64,000 nucleotides of DNA from Auanema rhodensis (lineage: Eukaryota > Animalia > Nematoda): assembly GCA_964057225.1 (NCBI GenBank), contig OZ059898.1, positions 6,014,001-6,078,000 on the forward strand, given 5' to 3'. A program made the position numbers and the translations under genes. Below, in pieces: positions 39,725 through 53,320 of the stretch. The notes under the pieces are model-generated. The model was not told where the DNA came from and ran no database searches. It worked only from the letters and a program-made list of their open reading frames with translations. Positions within the stretch are counted from its first letter, which is position 1. Every line of letters begins with the position of its first letter.

Positions 39725-41215
39725 CTAGAATGAAGTCAAAAATCCTTTTGGTTTAACTTTAATGTCATTGCTGGACATTCTTTTCAATGGAGCTTGTTGA
39801 GTAGAGGCTGTACCGGTAGAAGTTGGAACAGTAACCTGAGTATCTGTAACTGAGCCTACTGATCCAGATCTTGGTTTTTCAAAAGATCTAAAATAATTTA
39901 AAATTAATAATACATACATTTTGAAAAATAAACTTACTTGCTGAATGATCTGTTCATAGTGAATTCATAACGAGGAGATCTAGCAGGCCCTAGTGTAATC
40001 TGAAATAATAATTAAATTAGCTTTGATACCCATATACATTAATATATTTTTTTCTTTCTTACTATCTTATCGTTAAGTATTTTATTTTCTGATTTTATCT
40101 AGAGTTCGTTGCTTAGTTTGATATTCTATGAACTGTGAAAGAGAAGTGTTTATAAAAAGTGAAAATCATGTGATGCGAAAAATAAGTTTTAAGATATTAT
40201 ATTATCATATTATAATTTTATCTTGAATGAAAATGGGTGTTGGCTTATTCATATTCACACTTTTTGAGCTACTGTTCTCAAAAAGGTTGGAGAATAGATA
40301 AGCATAATCATATTCTTGATGATTCATATATATAAATATATCTGGAAATGTGATGGAAAGACAGAAAAAGCTATAAAACAAGCTGTATATCTATGAACGG
40401 AAGTCTTTTGTCCTGTACTGTTCTATGTTTTATTCGATAAGAGATGGCGCCGAAACAGTAAAATTAATATGATCAATGTCTTACTCAAAATTTTCGTAGA
40501 TTCTTTGCATACAAGTGAAAGAGGATTATTGAACAATTTAAAGATTAAATTATATTTTTAATCTTTTGGGGCTGGTATCGTTTCGCCCACCCCCCCCCTA
40601 AGAGTTAACATTAGAGCGCATGCGTTTTTTACCTGAAAATAAAGAGTCTCATCTCTGTGAGTGGGAGTGCTCTCTCTGATACTTTTAATACTTTTAAATT
40701 TTGTTGAAGCTCTCTCTATCTGGGGGGGATACCCCCCCAGACCCCCCGGATTTGGGATAGAGCACTCCCGCTGGTTTATGCAAAGCTAGTGCGTGCCCAA
40801 AATGTTATCTTAGATCATGCGTTATTTACTCGAAAATACAGTCTCATTTCTGCGAGTTTAATACTTTTAAATTTTGTTGAAGCTTTCTCTATCTGGGGGG
40901 GATACCCCCCCAGACCCCCCGGATCTGGGATAGAGCACTCCCGCTAGTTTATGCAAAGCTGGTGTGTGCCCAAAATGTTATAAGCGCGCTCTAATGTTAA
41001 CTCTCTGATTATTAGGGGGGGGGGGTGGGCGAAACAATACCAGCGCCAATCTTTTTTATCATAAAGTCATATGTTATGATTAAAATTCTTGTGAGCATTT
41101 TCTGAGTTTTAAGATGGAAAATTAAATGTTTTACCTTCTTCATTTTCTTCAGCTGCTCCTTCTTGTCAACTTCAGTTGAGCGCGTAGTAGTCATGTTTCC
41201 TTGTCCAACAGACAT
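39725..41215 (-). CDS. Small (101 aa) Ser/Thr-rich protein of unknown function, 3 exons
   Basis: Exons 41215-41135, 39999-39938 and 39887-39725 have canonical GT-AG sites and splice in frame: MSVGQGNMTTTRSTEVDKKEQLKKMKKITLGPARSPRYEFTMNRSFSKSFEKPRSGSVGS...KRMSSNDIKVKPKGFLTSF*. Confidence 0.75.
40568..41047. mobile_element. Non-autonomous DNA transposon (MITE), Merlin-like, 480 bp
   Basis: TIRs GGGGCTGGTATCGTTTCGCCCACCCC...AGAGTTAACATTAGAGCGC and its reverse complement (with a short indel). Perfect 8-bp TSD AATCTTTT at 40560-40567 and 41048-41055. Two internal direct repeats (~40635-40808 and ~40832-40981). Confidence 0.85.
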
Positions 41216-41909
41216 GTTTCTATAATTTATAAAATTAAAATACAATGTTATTCATATATAATAAAAAGAAAAATGAGAATAACAGAAATAAAAACGAATA
41301 GAAAGACAATATAGATAGGTTATAGTTGCTGATATAGAATGATGCATCATTACATTGTATCTATTACATTGAAATGAAGTAAATAATAAAAGAAAAATCA
41401 AATAATGAGGTTAACGATAACAAACGACTGAACTACTGGAAGGTAAAATATAATTATATGTTCTTATCATTCTTCTATATTAGTATTTTAAAGTTGAAAT
41501 GGGCGGGACATAGACTTACATACATATGATTAGGATAGTAACTAATACATTGCCTGGAATTGAATTATAAGACTAAATAGAGACATCCTAAAGGTTAGAA
41601 CAAACATGAAAAGATACATAACAAGTCGTAAAACAAATTTTTGTTCTAATGAAGTGTTATCGAGTTATATTTCTATTTTTTTGAACAAAAATACAGAAAA
41701 ATGATAATTATCTTATTGACAATATTAAAATATGATGAAATTTGACATCTTTTTATTTTTTGAGAATATTTGAAGTTATGTGAACATCTTCTAAGAAAAA
41801 CTTCAAAAATTGGTAACAATTGAAAGCAAACTGAGGAACAGATGAGCTTAAAACGATGATAACGCTACTAGGCCATCCTAGCTTAAATGTCTCTTATCTG
41901 TCTAATCAT

Positions 41910-41912
<3 letters not shown>

Positions 41913-41946
<34 letters not shown>
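41913..41946. repeat. (TA)n microsatellite
   Basis: Direct reading. Confidence 0.9.
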
Positions 41947-41950
<4 letters not shown>

Positions 41951-43388
41951 AGATAGCTAGATATATAGATATTTATAAATCAACAACAAAAAATTATTTT
42001 TGAAGATTAGGACAGGCAAAGTACAATTATATTTAATATCAAGCTCTATGTTTCGTGTTAGTTTCAGAAAAATTGGTATACGGTATTTCTGGTTGAGGTT
42101 AGCAACACGATACGCATTTGAAAATACATATAATAAATATATTTTATGTATAGTTATGATAAATAAATTATATTAATTGTAAATATAAATATATTTAACT
42201 AGAAAATCTATGTAGAATAGATTACAAAGTTTTATTTGTATACAACCCATTAGGAAATTAATAGAATATGATAAGATTTTAACTTATTTAATATGCCATT
42301 ATAGGAAATATACAAACAATGTTATGTTCATATCTTAGTTGAAACTCTATTTTATACTGTAAAAGCTAGATAAATGTAGATTGTGGAAGAAATAAGATGA
42401 TAACAAATATAACTTCCTACGCTATTTTGAAATATTTCGCTTATGATTCATCATCTTTCTGATAGTTTTCTTCGAATATTTTGTAGAATATTCAATAAAT
42501 TATATAAGATGAAAGTAAAAAGTGACGTGTAACATGCTCAATCAAAGTCTTTGAAGATAATTCATGATAATGAACAATTCTTTTTCTATTTGATAATCTG
42601 TTAACAATGAAATTGAAATTTTATATACAAATCAGAAGAATTTAAGAAATGCATCATGAAAAAAGGTAAATACTGCTTCTGCTTTAAAGAAAAAAAAGGG
42701 AATTTGTTGAGAATTAATAATAATAAACTATATAATTATTATTTATATACAAACATATTATTTTAAAATATTTTTGTAATAATATACTATATACTATATA
42801 CTCTAATCTTTAATTTCATACTCTTCATGCTCATTTTCTCTTAACCATCGAAATCTTGTTCATCATTGTATATCTTAATGTTTAAGATATATTTTAATTA
42901 ATAAAAATAATTGTAATATCAGGATAGAAGCGAGAGATGAATAAGGATGATGGTTGAGGATGTATTTCTAAAACTAAGATAGACGATGTCCTTATTTACA
43001 AAAAGTCTTCACGGCTATTTGGTCCCATTGTGTTTTCAAAGCACTTGAGTTCTTCGCGCCTCTCCCATTCTCTCACGCATCTCCTTCTAAATGGGAAGGA
43101 GGACCACGTGTACGGTTTCGTTCAACAAGTCATCTTCATCTGTTTCCTTATTTCTATCTCTCATCTTCATTTTATTCTTTTACAAGATCCAACCAAATCT
43201 TCTATTATAACCTATTTCTTATTTCCAACTTTTCAATTTTCATCTACATCAAGCTTCTATACTATACTATTCATACTATACAAACTATTCATTTGATTTG
43301 GTTTCTTTCAGAATTTCGAAATATTCTCATCTACATCTGAATCTTCCTAGTTTATTTTGATATATTTAGGAATGGTTATTAGAAGATC

Positions 43389-46300
43389 ATGAAGATTATT
43401 ATAGTTCAACTACTTATAACCTCAGCTATAGCCGATTTCAATTTTTACGCTGAAGAAGATGAAGAAGTTTTCAGAGGCACAGCTACAGGTGATTTTATTT
43501 TATAAAATTGGAATTTTTCAATAAAACATTTAAGGTTCTGCTAGAGTAGCAGAGCGTTGTTTAACGCATACTGATTGTGTTCAAGGAGCTTATTGTGAAT
43601 CGTCGATATGTCATTGTCTTCCATCTCATGTTCCTCTTGAACGATACTGTTGGAAAAGTATAAAATGATTATTTGAAATAAAATAAAAACATTGTATATT
43701 AAGAATTGGGACCAGAAGAAGCTGGATGTACATATGATGAACAGTGTGAAGCAACTTGGCCAGGTTCAACTTGCCAATATTCAATTTGCAAATGTCCAGC
43801 AAATACAAAATTTACAATGACTCGAGAAGGAGCTGTTTGTCATAAACCTGGTACATCCCAGTTTTTTTTTTAAATCTTTTAGTATTAAACTCATCAGGTC
43901 ATTGTCCAACAAATGGCTTAAACGGAGTGCTTTATAATCGAAATTCGGATACACCAGCTCAATGTCATTTCTTCGATGGGGATGTCAGTATTTAAAAAAA
44001 CATTTTGTAGAATAGCTTCAAGTTTCAGATAAAAGGCGGTAGCAGATTCATTGGTTGTGATGATTTTCCTGAACTACATGATTGTATTGATGGAATATGT
44101 TGTCCTACAAGAGGTATATTGAGTATCCACTTCAGAATTCATCTAAACAATTCGATAATAAAAAACAGAGAGAGATAATAAGTTATAAATATCTTTGTGA
44201 TAGTAAAGAGAGATTTGAGATGACATATTCAAGATGAACAGAGATGTAAATAGGATGAAATGTGAGAGAAATGATACAAACGTTTGCTTTTTTTGCCAGC
44301 AAAACTGACGGAATTAGCAGTATGTTCTTTGTTTGGTTAAGAAATGCTAAACGTTGATGATAGATTCATCAGGTAACCTGAGCGCTTTAAAGAACCAAGT
44401 ATTCTTGTGTTCGTTTGCAAAGATTTATTTACTTGTTTACTTAAACTTATAGGAGTATTCTGCTAATAGGGTCGTTTATTAAGTTGTTCAAAATATTATT
44501 TGTAAACTGTCTATCTTCTTTCAATATATTTTCTCACATTAGACACGTCTTTTTTAATAATAATTCATCTAAGTAAATGCTTATCTATAAAAATTTATAT
44601 GAATTAAACTAAAATAATAATAATTTTTTATTTGTTTATTGATAATTTTCATTTCTTTTCTGCAGCTCTAACATGTATACAACCTCTGGATGCAGGAATA
44701 TCATATACTAATCAAAGTATAAGCATGTTTACTAGATGGTTTTATAATTCTATAACACAATCATGTCAACAGTTTCAATTTACTGGAGAAGGTGGAAATT
44801 CAAACAATTTCATTACTTTTGAACATTGTGAATCATATTGTAAACATCGTAAGAATTAGAATCTATAGATATATATTAAGAAAATTTGTCTATTGAAGGA
44901 TGTTCACGAGGACAACCTCAGTTATCATCTGATACAAGAGATAAAGGATCATCTAATGAAATTGCTACATGTAGTACATCTGGAGATGAATGTGATGATA
45001 TGTTTGAATGTGTTCAATTAAATGGACAAAATATGTGTTGTCCAACAGCTGGTATTAAGATTGAGGAAGTTATTCATAAAAGTATTCATAATTTTATAGA
45101 ATTTGTATGTTCTATGCAAGGTGGAGTTGTACAAGAAAGTATATCCATTGTTGCTTCATCACCAGTAACACCATTCTCAACAGGATCATATAGACATGGA
45201 TCTAGTCCAATAACAAGGTTAGTATGATTAGAGTATATACTATAATATGAAATTATGGTTTATAGATGGTATTGGGATACAACATCTAAACAATGCTTAA
45301 CATTTAAATATTTTGGACAAGGTGGAAACTTTAACAACTTTATAAGCTTAGAACAGTGTCAAGAATATTGTGCTCCTAGTAAGAGCTAACATCATATTTA
45401 CAATTTTAATTCATATTTCTTTTTCTTTAGCTATATGTTCATTAGGATATCCATTAAAGGATGGTAATGGACAATCTATTGTTTGTTCTTTACAATCACA
45501 TTGTCCACGAAGTCATATTTGTACCAAAGGAGTCTGTTGTCCAACACAAGGTTTAAAACTATAAAAATAAATTTTAAAATATTTTATTTGAAGGAACTGT
45601 TTGCAATCAGCCACTGGCATCTGGTGTTTCATGCTTCTCATCGCCATCAAAGAGGTACAGATTTTCATTTTAATATTTAATTTGTGGTTATCAATTAAAT
45701 ATATATTTTACGATTTAATTTAAATTATGGTAGGATATTCAGGTATTGGTTCAATGCAGCTATGGGCTCTTGTCAAGAGTTTGAATATGAGGGATGTCAT
45801 GGCAACACAAATAACTTTATTTCTTATGAACTTTGTCAAAAACATTGCTCATCCGTTGAAGGTAGGGAGATATTTTGATGAAGCATTTTCAAATTCTGAA
45901 TTAAGTTGAGCCAAAATGCCTAATAGGTAAAGCATTCCAAATGGATTCAGGACGGTATTGGAGATGTGGTCACAACTCAAAAGTTGGATCTTGTCCAGCA
46001 AATTATGAGTGTCATTATGATGATAAACGATATGGATGCTGTCCCACTAGAGGTTTATTGAAAAGTTTATTTTCTTAATAATTCGTATATGGTGTTAGAT
46101 TATGTTTGTCGTCAAAGTCAAGATTCTGGAACAAAATGTAGCAGTTTAGCTTCTATCAGATGGTATATAATCAAATTTGTAGAATATAAATAAACATTTA
46201 TTAAAGGTATTATGCTGCTGGAACATGTTTTTCATTTTCGTACAATGGATGTGATGGTAATGCCAATAACTTTGCTTCTCAAAAAGAATGCATGGATTTT

Positions 46301-49300
46301 TGTCACAGAACAGGTAATTCTATATGCAATTTCGTCAAGTTCCAAATAAATCTTATAGATTGTCCTGATGGTGGAGATCCAATAGTTGATGATTATGGTA
46401 AAATCATTTCGTGTGCTGATAAAGATTCTTGTCCATCAACTCATCAATGTGTTCGTTCTGTGAGTGGTTCATATTTAATTTTAGAATATTCAATCATATT
46501 TCAGCAATCATCACACGAACTATCTATATGTTGCCCAACTCGTGAGCATATTTGTCGTGAACAAATGGATGATGGAGATACTTGTTCGAAAGAAGCAATT
46601 AGACGGTATTTCAATAATAAAATATATTTTTTTGAATAATTTGCTGATTTTAAGCTATGTTTTTGATCCAATACAACATGTTTGTCGACCTTTTTCATAT
46701 CATGGTTGTGGAGGTAATTCTAATAACTTCCCTTCGAGAATGGCTTGCTTCAGTTTTTGTCAAAGTGCAGGTAAATCATAAAATCTATATTCAGTATAAT
46801 TTAATTAACTACATGTTTAGCTTGTGCTTCTTCTGAAGTATTATATCAGACAACAACATCATCTGAAATTTTTGATTGTTCAACTAAATCTTGTCCTCGT
46901 GGTTACTCTTGTGTCCAAGATGTATGGAAGCCGAATCGCAGAATATGTTGTGGTTCTCCTAACTTTGGTTAGTTTTTTATAAAACTTCGTCTTTAGGAAA
47001 AAATATAATTCAGGTGTTTGTCGAGCGGGAGAAAGATCATACATAGATAATCGAAGCCAACAACCTCAGACTTGTAATCCAACTATTGCATCTACATGTC
47101 CATTCGGATTTCATTGTTTATTCAATCAGCAACGAAATAATCATTTCTGTTGTACAGAAGATGTACAAACAAGTATTTCATAAATTATTATATGTTAGAA
47201 TAAACTTATGACTTTGTTTCAGCTACATGCCCAGAAGGATCTAGACTTGTACGACTTTCAACAACTGGAGATCCTTTAGGATGCTCATCTAATCAACAAT
47301 GTGATGGTCAATCGAAATGCCATCGTTCTGATCCTTATCGTAGTGGTGTATGTTGTCAATTTCTGGATAGTAGTAAGATAAACTAAGATTCATCATGATT
47401 TACATTAAAATATTATAGTTTGTCCTCCAACATTTACATATGATGAAGAGCTATCTGAAAATAAACCAGATTGTTCACCACTCGATCGTGAATCTTGTGA
47501 TCCTCGTCGTCAATCAGTCTGCTTATTTAGTGAGAAAAAAGTTAGATATAAACCATTTTCTTAAAAAGTATCTCCCTATTAAATCTCATTTTAGAATAGA
47601 TTTGTTTGTTGTCGCCGAGAAGATCGTCGGATTGTTACAATAGAAAAATGTCCTCGGGGCTCTATACAAGGTTTTAAATACTTAATATTGAAAAATATCC
47701 ATTTACTCGTTATTAAGATCCGCTACGTGTATTTTGTGCACACGACAAGCCTTGTCCTTCTTCTCATTTTTGCGTACGACGTGATTCTGATAGAGTTGGA
47801 ATCTGCTGTTCTCATCCAAATCTTGGTCGTGAGCGTCCAACCACTACAACAACAACAACAGCAACTAGTATATTAGATAGACTCAAACGTAGATATATCT
47901 GAAAAGATTTATAAAATTAAAAAAAAATCTTTTATATTACAGATAAATGTCCAAAAAATCAATTAGCCTTCATAGATGCACGTACAATGGATGCTCAAAA
48001 ATGTCATGCTTTAATGCCTTGTCAACCGCCATATACTGTCAGTTATCATAATTATTTATAAATAATTTTTAAATTTCAGTGTACTCCAACATCTTTTAGC
48101 TCTTCTGTTCGTATCTGTTGTGCTTCTCAAAAAAATCTTTTTGTAACATGTAAAGAGGGTACATTACCTATTTCAATTGATGGTGTACAATACTCATGTC
48201 ATGTTAGCTTAAATCTTGAAAGTTAAACAAATAATTGTTATTGTTGTAGATAAAAAGCTGTCCACCAGGATACCAATGTGTAAATGATATGTGTTGTCCA
48301 CTTCAAGGTATTTATATAATTTTAATAGTTAAATATAATTATATAAAATATATTTTAGAAACAGCCTGTACAGAACCTCCTTTCATGGGAACTGAGTGCG
48401 CATTCGATAAACAGCAGCTAACGAAACGGTAAATCAAACTGAATTTTTGAATATCAGTTGATATACAATTTGATTTTTTTTCAATTGTAGGTATTTTTAT
48501 GATGTCGATTCAAAATCTTGTCAAGAATTCGAATATCGCGGTTGTAATCCATCAGCTAATACATTCATTGATATACACTCATGCGAACAACTCTGCAAGC
48601 CAATTTCTGAAAGGATGTTAACTACAACATCACAACCAACAGTAACATCAACCAAACATATACAGGAGCTCGTTACTTCAACTGAAAATTTGATTCGAAA
48701 AACTGATTATACGATCGATCTAAAGAAAATTGTAACTATAAAGCCTCGTGTAACCACAAGTGTTGATGCGAAGTATTTCACTTGCCCTTCACCATATAAA
48801 AACCCGAAGGATTGGCCACAATACTGTGAGCTTGAACGACAATCATGTGCAGGTATTACTTTGTTATCAAATATTGATAGTATATTCATATATAGATGAT
48901 GAGAAATGTATTCGCATGAAGTCTGGGGCATCAATCTGCTGCCTAAATGATTCGGAGGAAGAAACAAAATCATCGTCGTTGTTGAATTTGATGACCAAAA
49001 TGTGCGGAGATAATCATGCACCGTATGTAAATTTTAAACTAAATCATAAGCATTATGATATTTGTTTAGAGTTCTAACACGAATTGGTGATCCAGTACGA
49101 TGTTCTCGTCATCGTCCATGTAAAAATAGAGCTGTATGTATGTTTAGTTCAGTATTAATGATAGATATATGCTGTACTAAAGGTGCATAATCTACAATCA
49201 ACACATATTTTAAATTTTATAAACTTATAGGACGGCCAGCTTTGTTCCCTGTATCACCAAATCTTCCTGATTTACCGGATTTATCGAGTCATACTGTAGA

Positions 49301-49654
49301 CCCAAATGATATAATGATAAATCCATTATGTGATAATATGCATGAAAATGGTGGATGTGGTGATGAGACAGGAATGCCTGCCATACAAACAAGTATTATA
49401 TTATAAGTTTTAGTTAAATTTTGATTTTTCAAACTATAGAATTATATGCTGGTGATAGCGGATGTAAAGTTTCGGATGATTGTACAGGCCAAGCAATTTG
49501 TGTTCGAGGAATGTGTACATGTAGATTAACTCAAGTACAATTTCATAGAATGTGTTGTAAGAATTTTATTTTACTTCAAAACAAAACTCAATCAAATCAT
49601 TTAGATTGGAAGTGTCCATCATTTTATCGTAATATCAGTGGAGTATGCATATAA
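43389..49654 (+). CDS. Large secreted nematode EB + multi-Kunitz/BPTI + Lustrin-cysteine (WR1) repeat protein
   Basis: Signal peptide [15 protein letters not shown], then an N-terminal EB-like Cys module. Six Kunitz domains (e.g. [39 protein letters not shown]) alternate with C-x-x-G...CP..Y.C...CC Lustrin-type repeats. A Thr-rich segment and a C-terminal EB-like module end in GVCI*. Confidence 0.9.
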
Positions 49655-52600
49655 TCTTTTCATATTATATACTATATTATATTAAATAAGGTATATAAAC
49701 TTATATACAACATAACATATAGCATAGATTTGTTGTAAGCTTTAACGGGTGTCTTTACTTACTTATATTCTCAAGCAAAAAAAGCAGTTAATCAGAAATT
49801 TCTTTTATAAATATTTTAAAATTAATTTTAGAATTTTTATTTTAAAATGTCAAGATTTCATTGAATTATCCCCCTTTCTCTATCTCTAGGCTTTTGAGGT
49901 TTGAAACTACTTCATTAACATGTAGCTTAGATCATTCCATGTTTCTTTTCTTTCAAATTATTCTTTATTCACTTGCCTTATTGGAAGGTTTGTATAATTC
50001 CAATTAATATTATGATTTTTTAATAATTATATATATATATATAAATAAAATATATGTATTAGTTTAGTTTCTTACTCAAATAATATCCTGCAAATACATG
50101 TTCGTATGAATTACAATAACAACTATATATGATTATTCCGTATCAAATTGATTATAAACTTTATAAAAACAGTTTAATCGTCTAATCTATGATGTTTTAA
50201 AACATTTATTTCAAGTAATATACAATCAAATATATTTATCAAATTTAATGAAAAATTGACAAAAAAATAACATTAAATGAAAAAAAAATAAAATCTAATT
50301 CTCTTGCATAGTCAAATACAATTTTAATTTCCTTTCTACATAATAAATAGATAATATTACATATTTTATAAAATAAATAATGAATAGAAATATAGAAAAA
50401 TATGAAATAATACTAATTATACATAAAAGATTATGAAAAAGAGGAAAAAGTAAATTGAATAGATTGATCTAGCTCGTTTATTATGAGTATTTTCGTTTAT
50501 GCATATATTCATATTAAAATTTTTCATATAATTTAAGATTTATTATTAAAAATATTATTTGAATTATAAACTTTATAACTAATATTTTACTTTGAAAATA
50601 AGAATTTTTAAATTCATTTTCTAATTTTATTAAAGATTTGTATATCATATACTTAAGTATTTTATATATTGAATAATATATATTTTAACTTCTAAAGTTC
50701 ATTTTGAGGATTTATTTACTTTTCATTTTATTTTTAACAATACAGACACAATTAGCATGAATGAAAGAACATTGCACCATGTATTAGCTATTGCTTTTCA
50801 ATCTAGAAGTTTAATCAAACAAGAGCGAAGAGTTTATTTCATTTTCTTTTTTTTTCAAATTTGTTATAACATGAATACTTCTCACAATGTTTTCATGAAA
50901 TGTTATTGAAAACTATCTATATTTTAATAAAATTTACTGTTTTCAAACAATATTGTTTTCAAGTAAAAACTTGACAAATTATTATTTTGTGATAATTAAA
51001 AGGAACATCAGATTTACCGATACTTTGTTTAAATAAGAGGAAAAACAGAGTATGTTGTTGATACGAGAAAAGACATAACTGATGACATTACTGTCTATAT
51101 ACCCAATGTTTAGTAGTTATCTTCAAAAAGAACATAATTTGTAAAAATAAAATATAAATAAAAAGGACATTACGTGTATAGTTGAAAAAAAAAATTAGAA
51201 ATCAAAGAAGAGTTTATAATTGAATTGAAACGTAACTCGATTACAAGATATTGCTCAATAATAATCTTATTTTGTTTCTTTTCATTCTCTTTCTGTATAT
51301 TAATGGCTTTAGTAAGTAAGTTTTAACAAATATTTTTGTTCAACTTAATCGTAATTCAGCATTAAACTATTAAATAAAGTTTGTTATAGATATTAAATAA
51401 ACAATAACAATTAAAATTATCAATTGATATACAAAAAATAATAAATTGAAAAGATAAATATATCATAACATAAGATTATTTATTTTTTTGTTTATTTTTT
51501 ATCAATATTTCTTATTATATATCTTATTTATTTGTTTTATTTTTATAATTTAGAACTTTATTATAGTTTATTTATATTTTATCACATAAAATATATGTAA
51601 GTATATCACTGATTTACAAGATTTAGCCTTGACATCGAATATCAGTGATATTTTCGAATGGACACTTAAAAATTGAAACGAAATTCAAAATTAAGTTAAG
51701 TGATTGAACTATTTTTTTAAAATTGTTATTGGAAAATAAAAAAAAACTGGCTCAATTGTGTTTGTGATCTCTTTAACAATCATCTGTCCAACAAACTCAC
51801 TTTACTCACATTGCTCTTTAACTTATAATAGAGCAAGAGTTTAATGAAACTATATATTAATATTGTCTTGTAGCTATGGTATGTTCATGCAGTACATTTG
51901 TCCTCTGGAAGCAGCTGAGATTGCACACTAAGTATCTTTGAGTACAAAAAATAATTTTTTATTTACGAGTAAAGGGTAGGAGAGAAAGAACAGACTATAA
52001 CATTGAAGATGACAGTGTAAAGAAGAGAAATAGTGACACGTTTCAGTTACTAATTGACAGTCAATGGCAAGAAATCAAGGAGAAAAAAAGAAAAGAAATA
52101 TCTTATGGTAGGGCATACAGATAGAGGAGGACAAAAAATTTAAAGAACAAAAAACTTGTTTTCTACACAAGAAATAGACAGGGTATATATGGAATAACAT
52201 TCATATTTGACCAGCTGATTCTTTGATTTTGCTATGATTTTTTTGGAGAAAAAGTTGATTTCTCTCAATTGATTCCTAATCGGTTAAGTTGAATATAGAT
52301 GTTTCTCTCAAATCTTTTAAGCCTAGCATGACCGATCACTGAGATGGGTCAGATTCTCTTCTTGCAAAGTTAGTTCAAATAGACAATCATCACTATATAT
52401 TCTGGTTATGTTGATCAGTATCTAGTATTTGAATGTAGCATGACCCTTAATTCGATGTTTAGTTTGATGTTAATCATTAACGTCAAAACTTCAAAACCGA
52501 CCTTGTGACATATGACGGACGTATGACGACGTCGATCTTCAGTTTTCTCACCAACGAAAAAAGAAATGAAGCATCTTCTACGGGCAGTAGCAAGACCTCC

Positions 52601-53275
52601 AGAATGACCGTCACGGCAACGCATGCTAGAAATGTACAGACGTATATATCAACTATCTTTATAAATTAAAAGAGAATAGAAAGAGATTCTAGCATTTTAT
52701 ATTAATTTTTTAAATATTTTTCTACCTCATCTTTTGTTTTTAATAAATAATTTATTTGTTATTTATTTATTTATATATATAAGATTATAATATATTTTTA
52801 TTCTATTTCCTTCGTTGATCAGTTAATTTTTATTTATTTTAAATGAATCCATAGTTGGATATGAAATGATTCTTTTCACAATGTCCTATTTCACATTCAA
52901 AAATATTCCATCTCTTCTTTTATCTTTCACCTATGTATGTATCTACCTCACCTTTAATGGCATCAACTCATTTTCTATTATTCAATTCACATAATAGATA
53001 ACCTTGTCTTAAATCGTTATCCAAAATATATTTCAACAATTTCCTTTTTTTTATTTTGATCCTTCCATATGCTTCATTGCACTCTTCGAGCCATGCTGCG
53101 CAGGCTGCCCTTCATAGCTTGAAATAAACATGTTTACATCTAGTGCAAGTAGTAGCAGTCCTTTCTCATTTCATCTTCTAGTTCTTTTTCAAGCTGTGTT
53201 CTTCCAATTTTATATGGCTCATTGGACTCTATGTATCTTTTTCCGTCTTCTTTTACCACTAACTCTTTCTCTCCA

Positions 53276-53289
53276 TCTATCTATCTATC

Positions 53290-53320
<31 letters not shown>
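53276..53320. repeat. (TCTA)n/(TA)n microsatellite
   Basis: Direct reading. Confidence 0.8.
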
